Origin: Podarcis pityusensis
Lineage: Eukaryota
Direction: 5' to 3' (one strand)
Length of the DNA stretch: 64,000 bases
Assembly (NCBI GenBank): GCA_964106645.2
Contig: OZ067052.1
This document shows positions 52,701-64,000 of the stretch, one piece after another (position 1 is the first letter of the stretch; each line of letters starts with the position of its first letter). The notes beneath the pieces were generated by a model. The model saw only the letters and a list, made by a program, of their open reading frames with translations, ran no database searches and had not been told where the DNA came from. Position numbers and translations under genes: made by a program.

Positions 52701-55700
52701 GCAAAGCACAAGGGTAGCCTTTGTAGCTACTAAGCTGGGAGAAAGATCCATGGACAAGCAAGCAGGGAGAGAAGTTTGGGCATGTGACCAAAGCTTCAAT
52801 TCTTCCATTTCCCCCTTCCTAGAAAGCAAGCACATCAGTCCCAGGCATCCTGAAAGGAACAGCAGCCTTGACTAACAGCTGGAAAGCCAAAGCTGGGCTC
52901 TAACCAGCTTCAAGGGAGGCAGTTCAACAAGATCAAAGGCTGTAAATCCTTCAGCCACTCTTTGCAATGATTTCCTGCTGTTGTGAGTCCAACTTAATGA
53001 GGAAGAGAGGGAGGCAGAAAGGCAAAGCAATTCCAGACTACCTAGGGATGGAATCTGGGTACCCCAGTCCTCAGCTCTTTCTCAAAACACTTCAACAACA
53101 CTTTGTGCCTTCATATTTCAGCAACTCATCTTAATCCCTCCAAGCAACAAATTCTGGATCACAACCGCATATCACTAAATTTCTGGCCTGCTGTACTGTT
53201 CCATGCTCAGCCACTGAACTCTTTTCTGTTTTGATCGCCAGTCACCAAGAAGCAGAACCTTGAGTCTAGTTGCAGTTTTCTACATTAAGAAGGGGATTGG
53301 TGTTTGAACAATTGAAGAATGCAATGTAAGGGCATATACTTAAACTGTTATATAAATTATGACATAACATTTGGCCAGACCATATAGAAATCTTTCCTCG
53401 AGAGCCTTGTCAACCAGCTTGAACATAATCATTTTTATGCATAAGTCTTCTTCTTATTCTACTGGGTATAAAATGATCCCAAAGTGAAAGTTTGATATTT
53501 TTCTTCTTTACCAGTAAGCATCCCACACCTAAGCTCTGTAATATACAACCCCTTTATATTGTTTTTGCATGATTTCATTGGTGTAGGTTGTTAAATACTA
53601 TGACCTTATCTGACAGAGATCCTTTTGGAAAGACTCTTTCTCTTAAGCTTGTATATTACAAGTGCACCAGAGTTGCCCCCTTATTTATACCAAGTTGTGT
53701 GGGAAGCAGCTTCCCCATGGCACTATCCCACTGCCCGTGATGGTATATGTATGAAAACATCACAAACATGTCAGTTCCCTTCTATCTGATCAGCTGGTGA
53801 GAAATAGACAATAGACCAAAAACAAAACAAAACAACCCCCAAAACCCCCCACAACCAACCCAGAAAACATTCCTTGACCTAACCTTTCCTTCCACGGTTC
53901 CTTTTATCCCCCCTTCCCCATGTTTTCTCAGTTCACCTTTTCTATCGCAACAACTTTTATATACTTTATTATTTCTTACTCTGCTGAAAATCTTCCCATC
54001 CTGCTAGGTAAATTGTTTACTTATAGTACTTTCCCATATATTCCATAAACAACATCCAGTCCTCTTTATAGATTTTGCCATTTTGGTTTCTTATTCTAGT
54101 AGTCATCCCTACTAGCTCTGCATATAACAGTTTAATGTGCCATTCACTCAGCAGTAGGTTAGAGGGCTGAACACCCTCTTTTACAAAATATGAAAATGGA
54201 GATTCATCAGCTTCTGTCTGATGTGACAGATTCTTTCACTTTCAAGGGGCCTTATATAATAATTCCTGTCTTGGGTGAAGCCAACATAGCGGTGGATTGG
54301 GTGAAGCTGCAATTTTCTTCTAATTAGTCAAGAGCTTCATGGTCTGAGTATACGGAGGCTGCACTCCTGGATCTCAAAGCCTTTTTCTGCAGCCACTCAA
54401 GCCACCAGGCTTGAAAAGAGTCTCCCTTCTTTCCCTTCCCTTGCTTTGTAAGAGACAATTCCTCCATCCCTACCCACAAGCATCTCCAGTGGGAATCTAG
54501 TGAACAATGACTCAGGAGCCAGTGATTTAAGGTGGAAAAATTCCCAGTGCTTTTATTTTTCCACAGAAACTCTTCCGTTTCATAAGTTCACTATTAACAA
54601 TGAACAGATGCCAACTGTGAACAAAATATTAGGCAAGACTGACAGTTTCAACATTTTTAGCTTTGCTTACTAAACACAAGTAAAACAGACATGATGAATT
54701 TGATTAGTTTCTAGGGCATCAGAAAATTTTCTGATTCCAACTGATTTTTTTTCTAATGCAAATCACCTTATGCAAATCAGGGTAATTTGTACAGGATTCC
54801 CCCCCCCCCCCCGAAAACTCAAATCACTCCCAGGGACTGTTGTGTCTGCTTAAAACTGAGACAAAAGTGGAACCCATCTAGCTATGTTCTTTAAGCTTTA
54901 AAACAGGACAACTGTAGAAGGCTCTCCACCGTGTCTGAGTGGCCCAACAGCAAAATAAAGTCATTTGGGATTACAAAATGGTTGGGTGTATATCATGCTG
55001 ACCCCCCAAGTAAGTTAGAAATAGAAAAAGAGATTGCAAGCCTGTAAGGCTTTGGGAGGCTTTAGAAGAACAACTGAGCTTTGCAGACAGACCAGAAGCA
55101 CTCCATGTTTAAGCAGGCCATAGATTTGCTGAAGAAAGCCAGCCCAAGTTACCAGAGAAACAGGTGGATGAGACAAGGATCTTATTGTGCCAGCACTTAG
55201 AGGATTTATCAGTTTCAATGTAAAAGCATTCCCTCAACATACCTTGGCTTTTTGTTTCTCTTTCTGGAACCAAGAGGAAAATGCAGCACCTTCTATATTA
55301 GATGAAGCAGCAATGAACCTAACTGACAGAGAAGCTCCAGAAAGAACAGCCTTTGCAGTAGCAGCAGCATTGCAACAGGGAGCCTGCTTCCTACCTACTT
55401 AAGAAGCTGGGGCTAAGATACGGGTCTGTGCTACAGCAGAAACCAGGCAGCCCAAGGAAAAGAGATGGGGAATAAGTAGGCTCCACTGCTTTATAGCCCC
55501 CACAAGTCATGACTCCAGTTTGGGTGCTGTCCCTTCCTGCAGAAAGTGTCAGTTGGGAAGAGCTTTCCCCCACCCTTCTCATATCTTTTGGCATTATTGT
55601 CTTCAGACTTCCCCATTTTCTGAGGCTCTTTGTCCTGGTTTTTGACACCTGAGGTGTACATTTTAGGACACACATTATTTCTGTAATTTTAAGTTGTTTT

Positions 55701-58700
55701 AAATTATTTTTAACATCATGTTTTAATAGCTGTAATGAAGATGGGTAATAAATTATAATGCTAATAATAATAGCATGCAAGCCTTTCACTAATTAAGTTT
55801 TTCAGATGATTCAAATAGTTATGCAGAAATGATAATTCTCCCAAGATCCATCTAGAGTCCTGGCAGACTTTCCTCTCTTAAAGGATTAACTTCCATCACA
55901 AAGGATAAGTCTTCTTCCCTCTTTCCTGATTTCTAATCTTTATGTATTGCTTTTTGGTGTAAGTGCATAAAAGGTAGGAAATAAAAGAAAACCACCCTAA
56001 ATATGTTTTTAAAAGAACTATAAATAATAAAAACAAAGGCCAATAGTTAAGACTTAGCTAAATACAAATAAAGAGAGTATGCATCTTTAAATGGTATTTG
56101 GGGGCCAATCCAAAGCTTCAGAGATCCAAAGATTCCTGGTTGCAGCCCAGGGGCTTCTGACAGCCCAAAACAACTGCCCCCACTTCCTGTCCCCAGGATC
56201 CCAACTAACTGAGCAGCCATAAAAGAATGCCAAAGTCACAGCAGGGAACACAACTTATATATACACAGTGGAGCTCCATCACTTGAAATAGACAACAAGC
56301 AGCCAAGACTAATAACAAAGTAGGAATAATGTTAAGTCTTCTATCAGAACCCTTACACTTCTAGACTCCCCCTGGAGTCCAGACACAAACACACCTCAGG
56401 AACCTCCTTCAACAGGGACTGCAAGGATAAGGGATCCCACAGGTGTGCAAAGGAGTGCAGAGCCGGTGCTTTAAAAGCTTACAGATTTATTCCCAGGTGT
56501 TTACAATGCAATTTAAAATACATAAACATCAACAATATTCAAGAACGGCAATACAAAACAACAACATGTTAACACAATTCAGCTATCACCCTGAAAAAGC
56601 ATCAGAAAGGGAAACCATCATACCAGTGGCTAAATTATCATTTCATTAAAATGATAAGAGAATCAGATATTGGCTGCTTATTGTCTATGCCAAGTTAAAA
56701 CCTGATAAAGCTTTGGGGGGGGGAACACACTGTTATTATGATTATTTTATTATTATGCTTTTTGTTATGTTTTTATTTTTACGCTCCCTAAAATGTTTTC
56801 TTAATGTTGTACACTGCCCTTGGATCTTTGGATAAAGAGTGGTATATAAATTGAATTAATCATCATCATCATTCTGGGATAGCTCAGTGAGTAAAGCATG
56901 AGACTCATCTCTGCGTTGTGGGTGGACTAGATGACCCTCATGGTCCCTTTTAACCCTATGATTCTAATAAGCTGGGCATCTGGCAGAATTTGTGGAGGGT
57001 GTTCCACAGATCAAAATGTTCTAGCTTCTGTTGCCTTTCCAGTCTGTGTGACAGTCATGCAATGGGTGCAGCAATCTGCAGCATGCAGACAGAGTAATAG
57101 AAACTTCAGCATTTGTTACTTCTCTACCTGTCATGCAGCTTTCAAGAGCACAGCACAGGAATCTTGCAAGACCAATACTACTGGTGAGCCCATTCACCTA
57201 AACCCTTTCACAACTGGCACATTTCAACAAAAGCTGTGCCTCTGCTCTTGTGATAGTTAACAAATAAGGAACCAGCACCCCCTACAGCTATCATGTGCTA
57301 AATAGAAAAAACTCCAACAGCCCAGGCCAAGGAGGGTCTGCATACCCTGATTAACACCTTGCATCAGCCATGCTGAGGGACACCCCATCCACCCAGAGAA
57401 CCTAAAGGCAGAAGACCCAATGACACTTGGACACCTCCTCCTCTGCTTCAACAGCAGAGACATGATGAACCTGAACTGAAGGCAGAGCAAATGGTTCAAC
57501 ACACATCTAGCAAAATGAGACCAACCATCCCTGGGCCCTACTCAGCAGGACAAAGTGAAAAAACCCCTGAAACATACACCAGATCTAGAGGGCAGCTATA
57601 ATAACTATTGCATGCTGCCTGTCCTTGCTGCTGCAACACCCTTTTCTTTCTCTAGCTTGAATCCTTGGCTGGACAGCTCCCTGCCTGCTTTGGCACACCT
57701 TGCCTTCATTGCCTGACCAGCTTCCCAGTCTCATCATATGACAGGAAATCCATCCACCCCACTCATGGTTGCTGAGGAGACAGCAATTCAGTCCCCTCCC
57801 AGCCATGTCCAGCCCAGTAACTCCTGGTGTGATAATTAACGTAGCAGCTGGGCTCAGCTCTGGAGGGCCAAGAGTGCTTTGAGAAAATTGTCAGCAGACA
57901 TTGGTAATTATCCTAACGAAAAGGGTATGTCAATGAACCGGATGCCGGGACTGGGTATATTGTGACATGAGTCAGTTATCTGAACAAGGCTACTGGAGAG
58001 TAATTCCAGTTGCTGCACTGTCTGGTATGAGTCTAACCCAGCAGACTGGTACCAGGAATTGAACCCATGATCTCATGTATGCTAACCAGTGCAATGCCAC
58101 AACATAGGCACTTTTAAGATTGGGGTGGGAGACATCTCATGGATGGATTGCGGGGGGGGGGGGGGGGGTAGGAAGTGGTACGTGCCAGGAGCTTGGCCCC
58201 AGAAGATCAAAATGTCCCAACCATAGTTTTTATTTATCAACCATAGTTTTTATTTATTTATTTACAGGCTCCTGCATTCTGTGAGTACGGCAGGGATAGC
58301 CCATGTGGTGCCCTCCAGATATTGCTAGACTCTCAACTGCCATCAGCCCCATTCAGCTTAGTCCATGGTCAAGGATGATGAAAGTTGTAGTCCAACTAAT
58401 GTCCAGAGGGCAGTGTTGGTTATCTCTGGGTTAGGTTATCCCTCTCTGGTCCAGGAAGCCCCAGCCCTAGTCCTGCTACCTCACCCTTTTCCCCATCTAA
58501 AGCTACTGCTGCTCACAAAGGGGAGCTTCCCCCCTTGTGGAGGTCACAAACACATTGCTCCTGGGCAGCTCAAAGGGCGGCCTCCTGTAAGCTTGCTGAT
58601 ATAGCTTCCATTCTTGTTTGTCTGCATGGCTCTTCCTTGCCAAAAACACCCCCTCACCTCACAATAAAAACATATTTTGTGCAGCATTACTTGTACTGCC

Positions 58701-61700
58701 TGTGTAGTATTGCTGGCCCCATAGCAGGACTTAACCTTACTCTTGGGAAGCCTCTGATTGCTGAGCACTGGGATGCCTTTACTGGAGGAGGTGCTCTATT
58801 TCTGGGAACTAGAATATGACTATGGGGTGGAAAGAGTGCTTCTGCTGGTTCCTGTAAGTTGATTGGTGCATTGTATGCATTGCTAATGAGGGGATCTTAT
58901 CACCAATTGATGGACGGCACCAGAGCTTTTACGGATGCTCTGGGAGTTCTGTCAGTGTCATTACATTTTTGTTTTTGTTTGCATAGTTGTTGTTGTGCCA
59001 CTGATTGCTACTGACTAGGCACAGAAACAGAACTATATTAAACCAGCACTGAGTTTAATGTGCCAAGTTTAACTCTTTCCCAGAACAATCTCATGTAACA
59101 GGAGCATAGAATGGGAGCCCCTACCCATTATTACCTTGAGAAATTATTTTGGGGGGAAGTGGGGAATAGTCTTTTGGCTTTCTTAGTCTCCAGTAATGCT
59201 GTTTAAGATAAGACAAGATACTCTTTATGTTGGTTGTTTTTACTTTGAGCAACTCATAAGTTTTACAAATAAATGAATTCCTCTTTCTTCAGAGGTGCTC
59301 TATTAATTTTACTCCAGCAAAGTCCTATTGGACAGAGGTAGCACCTTTCATTTGTCTGCCATAAAGCACTGTTTTTGCAGAAGTCAATATAAGCCCAAGT
59401 GATAAAGACTGACTTGGCACTCACATATTCCCCTGTTCCCCAAGTGCTAAGATCTTCTTTGGAAATAAAGTCTGCATGGCCTGAGAAGGTGTTTTGTACA
59501 CAGCAAGCTTCAAGGTTCCAGGGAAGACTGGGGGCTGATGTTTTCCTAACAGGAGCCAAGAACACATCCAGCAGCTTAGCTCTTGAGGTTTAATTATGCA
59601 GGATGCTGCCAGGTGGACTTTGGTAATACAGTGCCCTGAGCAGGGACAAAATCCCCCCCCCCCCCCGGTATTTCTTATTTTCACAAAATTCCTTTTAGAA
59701 CAGTTGCTTTTTAATGGATCTTCTCAATATTATTATTATTTTGCAATCCCTTGGCTTGCCACTCTAAGATAGGGAACTGGCTGCAGCACCCTAAATCCAG
59801 AGCTGATGCCAGCTGAGAACATGATACTACTAGCTGACCAGAAGTACAACATACCAAGCAACAAAGTTGCTATGCTGTCAGTGTAAAATGTACAATTTTG
59901 AGTGGCAAAATTTCAAAATTATGAAAGAAAAATATATTCAAACACAGTTCTGACCATCCCTTCCTGCAATGATTTCAATAAAGTTCTTTAGCTTGCCTCC
60001 TAAAAAATTATGATCCATTCACAATTACAGTGCAATAGTGACATCACTGTTTTAGGTTACTTGTTTGTTTGATATTCTGTCCTTCAGTTGAACTTTGAAG
60101 GGGGAATTACAGCATATAAGGATAATAAAAAAGAAAAACATAACAGCTGCAAAAAATAAATAAGATTCCCAATGGAATAGCCTAAAAAGAAAGTAGCATT
60201 AAAAGACCTCTGATGGGTACCAGAAAGGCAACTAAGATGTCATTTACATGCTAAGCTTCTTTCTCAAATACTTAAAACTCAGATGAAATAGCAAAAATTA
60301 ATTTTTTCATCAATGCTGACTTAAAGTTGTATGAAACAAGTTCAGCATTCTTAAACTTAAATTTTAATTATGGGGAAAAAATAAACAGATGTGGGTTATA
60401 ACATCTGTTGCTGAAAGAGAACAGAAGCTGCTCTGCTGCTCAGAGCACTTAAGTGGCCAATTCTCTGCTACATCACTGAAAGGCCTCAGAAAGGAAATAG
60501 GCTCTGCCAGAACGAAAGATGCAAGACCATCAAAATCTCTGTCACCAAGGCAGGTGTGGCATACTGATATCAATATCAAATAATTTGAAATGAGTGGGAC
60601 ATGCCCCCATCATTCAAATCAGTTTGCAGGCAATTAATTTTCCTCTTAGAAAAGTTGCGATAACATCAAGCTTCCCAGTGGCAACTTCAGTCTAAGTTTC
60701 TTCAAGCCCTACCTGAATAAAACAAATCCAAACTGGAAGATCTAAGATAATAAGTGACATATTTGCAATAAAGGTTCCTTATCAGTGTTTGTGCCACTGC
60801 ACTGATATGTACTGATTCATCTGTAAATAACTAGGGCTCCATATTTTACATGAGTAGAGGTCCACATATTTTTTAAAATTACTACATCTACACAATTTGG
60901 TTAAATCAAATGTATTCTGTCTCTGAATAGGACTTTACTGAGCAAATGTCCAAAGTTTATTATAAAAATGTAAAATGGAAAGTTTTTTTCTTAAAACATG
61001 TAATTGCCCTAATATGTCTCAGCTAGGTTAGTCCAGCTATCCTAATAGCAACACAGCTGTTTTAACAATGTTTTCACTAGAACACCCCACTTTCCCCCAA
61101 AAGAGTAATGACTGAAAGAGCTGCTTATTTGAAGGACTCCTTTAGGAAAGAAAGAACAATAAACTCAATAAAGTGGTTGGGTCTGGATGTATGAAAAATC
61201 CAAGTTCAATTGTCTGGGCCTGGAAGCTAATCTTTCTCATTTATAAGCCATTTTTTAAGAAATGAAGTGATACTAAAATGAGCCCCAATTCTCTTGAGCT
61301 TCTTTGAGACTGGGTAAAGTCAGTTCTCAGCCTTGCGGTTTATTAACCTTTGCTTAGTTACAACAATTCCATGCACACATTTTCACATGTAAATAAATCT
61401 CGAAAAAACCTGATTTAAAACCTGTTTACATAAAATTATTGCATCCAACTGCTAAATTCATGAGGGAGATGGCACCTAGCACCGTTTAGGGCTTACCTCA
61501 AACTGCTCAAGAGGCTCATTCAAGAGAGGAGCAGAGGCAGGTGCCTTGTCATTAGGTAGGAGAAGGTAAGCAGCAGCTTGTATCAACCACAGTAAAATCA
61601 TAAATAATGATTAAGTGCTGCATAACTGTTTACAGCCTTTGACTAATCAAACAATCTATGGCCTTTTAAACTGTGGCCTTTTAAACTTTTAAACTGGAGG

Positions 61701-63887
61701 GGTTATTGTTTTTGTTTGGTATTATGTTATATATAATATATATTATGAAATATTATATATAGAGAGTGTGTGTGGTTTTATATTGTAAACCACTCTGTTA
61801 TCTTTGGAAGAAAGGCAGACCAGAAATTCAATAAACTAAACTAAACAAACAAACATAGGAAGCTGCCTTATATTGTCAGACCACTTAATCCATCTAGCTC
61901 AGTATTCTCTACAATGAATAGCAGGAGCTCTCCATGGTTTCAGGCAGGAAACATTCCCAGTCCTACCTAGCGATGCCACTGGGGCTTGAACCAGGGACCT
62001 TGTGCATACAAGCTAGATGCTCTACCACTGAGCATTTATGGCCATTCCCATATAGAAAGATTTTGGGGGACAACTGTATAACAACCTACTTCAGCCTGGA
62101 GCCTTCCAGATGTTTTGGACTGCAACTATGCACAACCATACAGGCTGGGGCTGATAGTTGTAGTCCAAAAAGCTCTAGAGGCTATCAGGTTGGGGAACAC
62201 TGCCGCAAAGCAAGCTACTTAGCCAGCCTCCCAACCTAAGCAATAGAAATACCCCATGGTATTGTAGTCCAATATCTGAAAGGCCAACAGATTGAACATC
62301 CCTGTTTTACAGGAATATAGGAAGGTAGGGAAAGTACTGAACAGAAGAAAGAGAAAACCATAGAATCATATAATTATAGAGTTGGAAGAGATTCCTGAGG
62401 ACCATCTAGTCTAACCTCCTGCAATGCAGGAATTTCAACCACATCATACATAACAAATGGCCATTCAACGTCTGCTTAAAAACCTACATGGAAGGAGAGT
62501 CCACTGCCTCCTGAGGGAGGCTGTTCTACTATCTACTACTGTGGCTCTGTCAGAAAGTTCTTCCTGATGTTTAGTTGGAATATCCTTCCTTGTATTTTGA
62601 AGCCATTGGTTCAGGTCCTAGCCTCCTGACAGGTCTTTAGGTATTTGAAGATGGCTATCATATCTCCTGTCAGTCTCTTCTTCTCCAGGATAAATACGCT
62701 CCCTTAACCAGTGATGCCTGACCACCTGGACACCCTTGCTTGCAGGGAGGCCGGCAAGCAGATAGAAAAGCGCCTGGCAAGGACACATCCCTACACAAAG
62801 TGCATTGCAACCGTGGCGAGATTGCTTCCCTGCAGGAGGAGTGCGGAGGCAGGCAGGATCGTGGCCCCGCGGCTTTGATAGTCGGGAGGAGGCGAGGGGG
62901 GAGAGCTCTTCTTCCCCTCCCAGCGGGCAGAAATGCAGGTGCGAGCGGGCCTTGCCGCTCCCGCTCCCTCCCCGGCGAGAAGCGCGGATGCTTCCAAGGA
63001 GAGAGCGAGAGAAGGGAGAGGGTGGCGCTGGCGTCCTCGCTCGCTCGCTGCTTCTCCCGCCCCGCCGTTCTTCGCGCGCAGCAGCAGCATCTCCTCCCGG
63101 GGAGGCGAGGTGGGCGTGCCTGTCAAGTCTCCCGCGGCGGCCCAGGCTGCTGGTTGCGAGGCGGGCACGAGGTGGGCGGATCCCCCCCGGGAGGTGGTGG
63201 TTGTAGAAAGGGGGGGGGTAAAGAAAGCCTCCGCCTTCTCCCGCTCCATCCATCCCGAGGCGGCTCGTTTCCCGCCGGGCGCGAGCGCAGGCACGCCCCC
63301 CATCTCCTGCCGCCCCGCGTGCGCGCGCGCTTCTCTTTTCCCCCGCCACACACGCGAGCGAGCGCGCGTGCTAGGGAAGTCTCCCCCGCTAGCCCCCCCC
63401 GCCGCACACATCCCGCTCCCTCCCCTTCCCTCCCCCGCGCGCCCGGCCGCCTGCTCCTCACCTCTCCACTGCCCGCCTCAGCACCGCAGGCCGCCCGGAA
63501 CCGGCGCAGGTTGATGCCGATGGTGGCCGAGACCTGGAGCGCCGCGTCGAAGCCCGGCGCCACCCCGGCACTGGCCGCTGTCGCCGCTACCGAGGAGGCA
63601 GCGGCGGCGCCCGAGCCGGGAGCAGCAGCGGGTGGAGGCGGAGGAGGCGGCGGGCCGAGGGCGGCGGCGGCGGCGGAGGCCGAGGAAGAGCCGCCCGCCC
63701 CGCCCCCTCCACCGCTGTTTCCCGCCGGCGCGGCCGCTCCTCCGCCGCCAGCCGGGCGCTCCTCGGGCGGCTCCCCGCGCAGGCTGCGCACGGCCGGCAC
63801 CCGCACGCGGCAGCCCCCGAGCCCGCGGCGGCCCCAGCCACAGCTGCCGGGCCGGGCCGGGAAGCGCCACCGACCGCTGTGCGCCAT
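18985..63887 (-). CDS. KMT2A: Histone-lysine N-methyltransferase 2A (MLL1), ~3974 aa, 36 coding exons
   Basis: Exons on minus: 63887-63462, 48851-48782, 48131-45451, 44508-44331, 44106-43872, 43096-43032, 42793-42410, 42046-41973, 41366-41238, 40675-40562, 40044-39898, 39482-39387, 39067-38947, 38610-38497, 38083-37899, 36687-36514, 36135-36025, 35746-35673, 35334-35141, 34722-34616, 33144-33007, 32086-31928, 31792-31675, 31578-31500, 31315-31155, 30382-30224, 29332-25069, 24479-24396, 23828-23764, 23399-23229, 22972-22898, 22413-22239, 21712-21605, 21356-21273, 20850-20721, 19260-18985; total 11925 nt. Contains the menin-binding motif [10 protein letters not shown]-hooks (RGRP), CXXC, PHD1-3, bromodomain, ePHD, FYRN, taspase sites, TAD, FYRC, the Win motif GSARAE and SET/post-SET ending CRRFLN*. 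Confidence 0.97.
20933..20972. repeat. (GGCA)10 tetranucleotide microsatellite; (CCTG)n on the KMT2A sense strand
   Basis: Read directly from the sequence. Confidence 0.95.
23575..23690 (-). mobile_element. LINE (L2-like) 3'-end fragment with TAA-rich tail
   Basis: gcccatctggctggggttccccagccacactgggcggct next to a taataa-type tail. Related copy at ~44990-45092. Confidence 0.55.
25069..29332 (-). CDS. KMT2A: KMT2A exon 27 (4.26 kb; taspase-1 sites and transactivation domain)
   Basis: ORF 25065-29384 contains QVDGADD (27861-27881), QLDGVDD (27705-27725) and [20 protein letters not shown]. Confidence 0.95.
33272..34500 (-). mobile_element. CR1 LINE remnant (~1.2 kb) in KMT2A intron 20
   Basis: CR1 3' end (catggaatc...tctagtccaaccctctgctcag). 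ORF 34317-34535 includes [20 protein letters not shown], resembling the RT motif SKAFDKVPHDILISKL. Confidence 0.75.
34731..34772. repeat. (AG)n microsatellite forming the (CT)n polypyrimidine tract of the KMT2A exon 20 acceptor
   Basis: Read directly from the sequence. Confidence 0.9.
39544..39747. mobile_element. hAT (Charlie-like) MITE, 204 bp, in KMT2A intron 11
   Basis: Perfect 16-bp TIRs CAGAGCTTTCCAAACT / AGTTTGGAAAGCTCTG and a perfect 8-bp TSD CTTTAGAC (39536-39543 and 39748-39755). Confidence 0.92.
44990..45092 (-). mobile_element. LINE (L2-like) 3'-end fragment
   Basis: ataataatttattatttatacagcgcccatctggctgagtttccccagccactctgggcggctcccaatc; homologous to 23575-23690. Confidence 0.6.
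45451..48131 (-). CDS. KMT2A: KMT2A exon 3 (AT-hooks, nuclear speckle signals)
   Basis: ORF 45424-48168 contains [22 protein letters not shown] and [16 protein letters not shown]. An alternative in-frame acceptor 6 nt downstream (48125) is possible. Confidence 0.93.
49565..50718 (+). mobile_element. 5'-truncated L1/Tx1-type non-LTR retrotransposon (ORF2 C-terminus, 3'UTR, polyA), antisense to KMT2A in intron 1
   Basis: Uninterrupted 284-codon ORF 49523-50377 with a CCHC zinc knuckle ([18 protein letters not shown]) and [11 protein letters not shown]-rich composition, T-rich 3'UTR and an A-tail at 50709-50718. Confidence 0.88.
51581..51806. mobile_element. Tc1/mariner (Tigger/pogo-like) MITE, 226 bp, copy 2
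   Basis: TA|TAGTGGTACCTCAGGTTA...TAACCCAAGGTACCACTG|TA; same length and orientation as 13924-14149. Confidence 0.88.
53760..54150 (-). mobile_element. Older L1-like 3' fragment
   Basis: Minus-strand translation of ~54148-54018, [43 protein letters not shown], resembles the C-terminus of the 49523-50377 ORF ([17 protein letters not shown]...[11 protein letters not shown]). Confidence 0.6.
58290..58428. mobile_element. Short hAT-like MITE
   Basis: Imperfect TIRs CAGGGATAGCC / GGTTATCTCTG and internal inverted ccctccaga / tccagaggg. Confidence 0.55.
61853..62045 (-). mobile_element. tRNA-derived SINE with a CR1-like tail
   Basis: The minus strand shows A-box GCTCAGTGGTAGAGC, B-box GGTTCAAGCCC and a 3' end agatggattaagtggtctgacaatataaggcagcttcctatg. 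Confidence 0.65.
62358..62720 (-). mobile_element. CR1 LINE 3' fragment
   Basis: catagaatcatataattatagagttggaagagattcctgaggaccatctagtctaacctcctgcaatgcagg...aaagttcttcctgatgtttagttggaa is a typical antisense CR1 3' end. Confidence 0.75.
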
Positions 63888-64000
63888 CTTTACTGTGAGG
63901 CGACGAGCCAGAGAGCGGGGCCGGGCCGCGCCCGGGAACCTGCCTGGCGCACAACCCGCCCCTAGGGGCGCTGCAGACACGCGGCTCCCATCCAGGTTCC
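62800..64000. promoter_or_regulatory. KMT2A 5' CpG island (truncated by the window end)
   Basis: Extremely GC- and CpG-rich sequence over exon 1 and the start of intron 1. Confidence 0.85.
63462..63887 (-). CDS. KMT2A: KMT2A exon 1 (menin-binding motif, Ala/Gly/Pro-rich), inside a CpG island
   Basis: [14 protein letters not shown]...[21 protein letters not shown]...SGE|gtgagg. Confidence 0.93.

Noticed and set aside
58218-58257. 20-bp tandem duplication (also short repeats at ~61658-61695 and 42937-42960)
   Set aside because: Simple slippage duplications with no spacer structure; not CRISPR-like.
61490-61600. Possible homologue of the human alternative exon in KMT2A intron 1 (donor GAG|gtaagc at 61497/61496)
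   Set aside because: Only weak AAG acceptors upstream and no recognisable peptide similarity.
62618-63980. Long ORFs around KMT2A exon 1, including a 31-codon in-frame upstream extension
   Set aside because: CpG-island artefacts. The conserved start is MAHS at 63887, and the extension begins at a non-ATG codon near the window edge.

Overview
Eukaryotic genomic DNA from a vertebrate, most likely a lacertid lizard (inferred from a Sauria-type SINE plus squamate-type CR1, L2 and MITE remnants). The gene order matches human 11q23.3: ARCN1 exon 1 (minus; ATG only, gene runs off the left edge), a CpG-island bidirectional promoter, IFT46 (plus, 12 coding exons, ~362 aa), TMEM25 (minus, 8 coding exons, ~366 aa), TTC36 (minus, 3 exons, ~198 aa) and a complete KMT2A/MLL1 (minus, 36 coding exons, ~3974 aa, ~3.2 kb 3'UTR). 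Exons were assembled by hand from splice signals and recalled orthologue sequences, and each summed CDS length is a multiple of 3. Most ORFs in the supplied track are artefacts of GC-rich DNA, antisense frames or exon read-through. I found no prokaryote-type or wholly new multi-gene system. The best leads are: (i) a 60-aa IFT46 N-terminal extension with an NQPYDE motif resembling the Chlamydomonas ODA16-binding N-terminus, with CTG where mammals have their start ATG; (ii) a native Leu at the KMT2A SET position equivalent to human Q3867; (iii) a candidate 89-nt poison exon in KMT2A intron 1; (iv) a GC-AG intron and a GAG acceptor in KMT2A.
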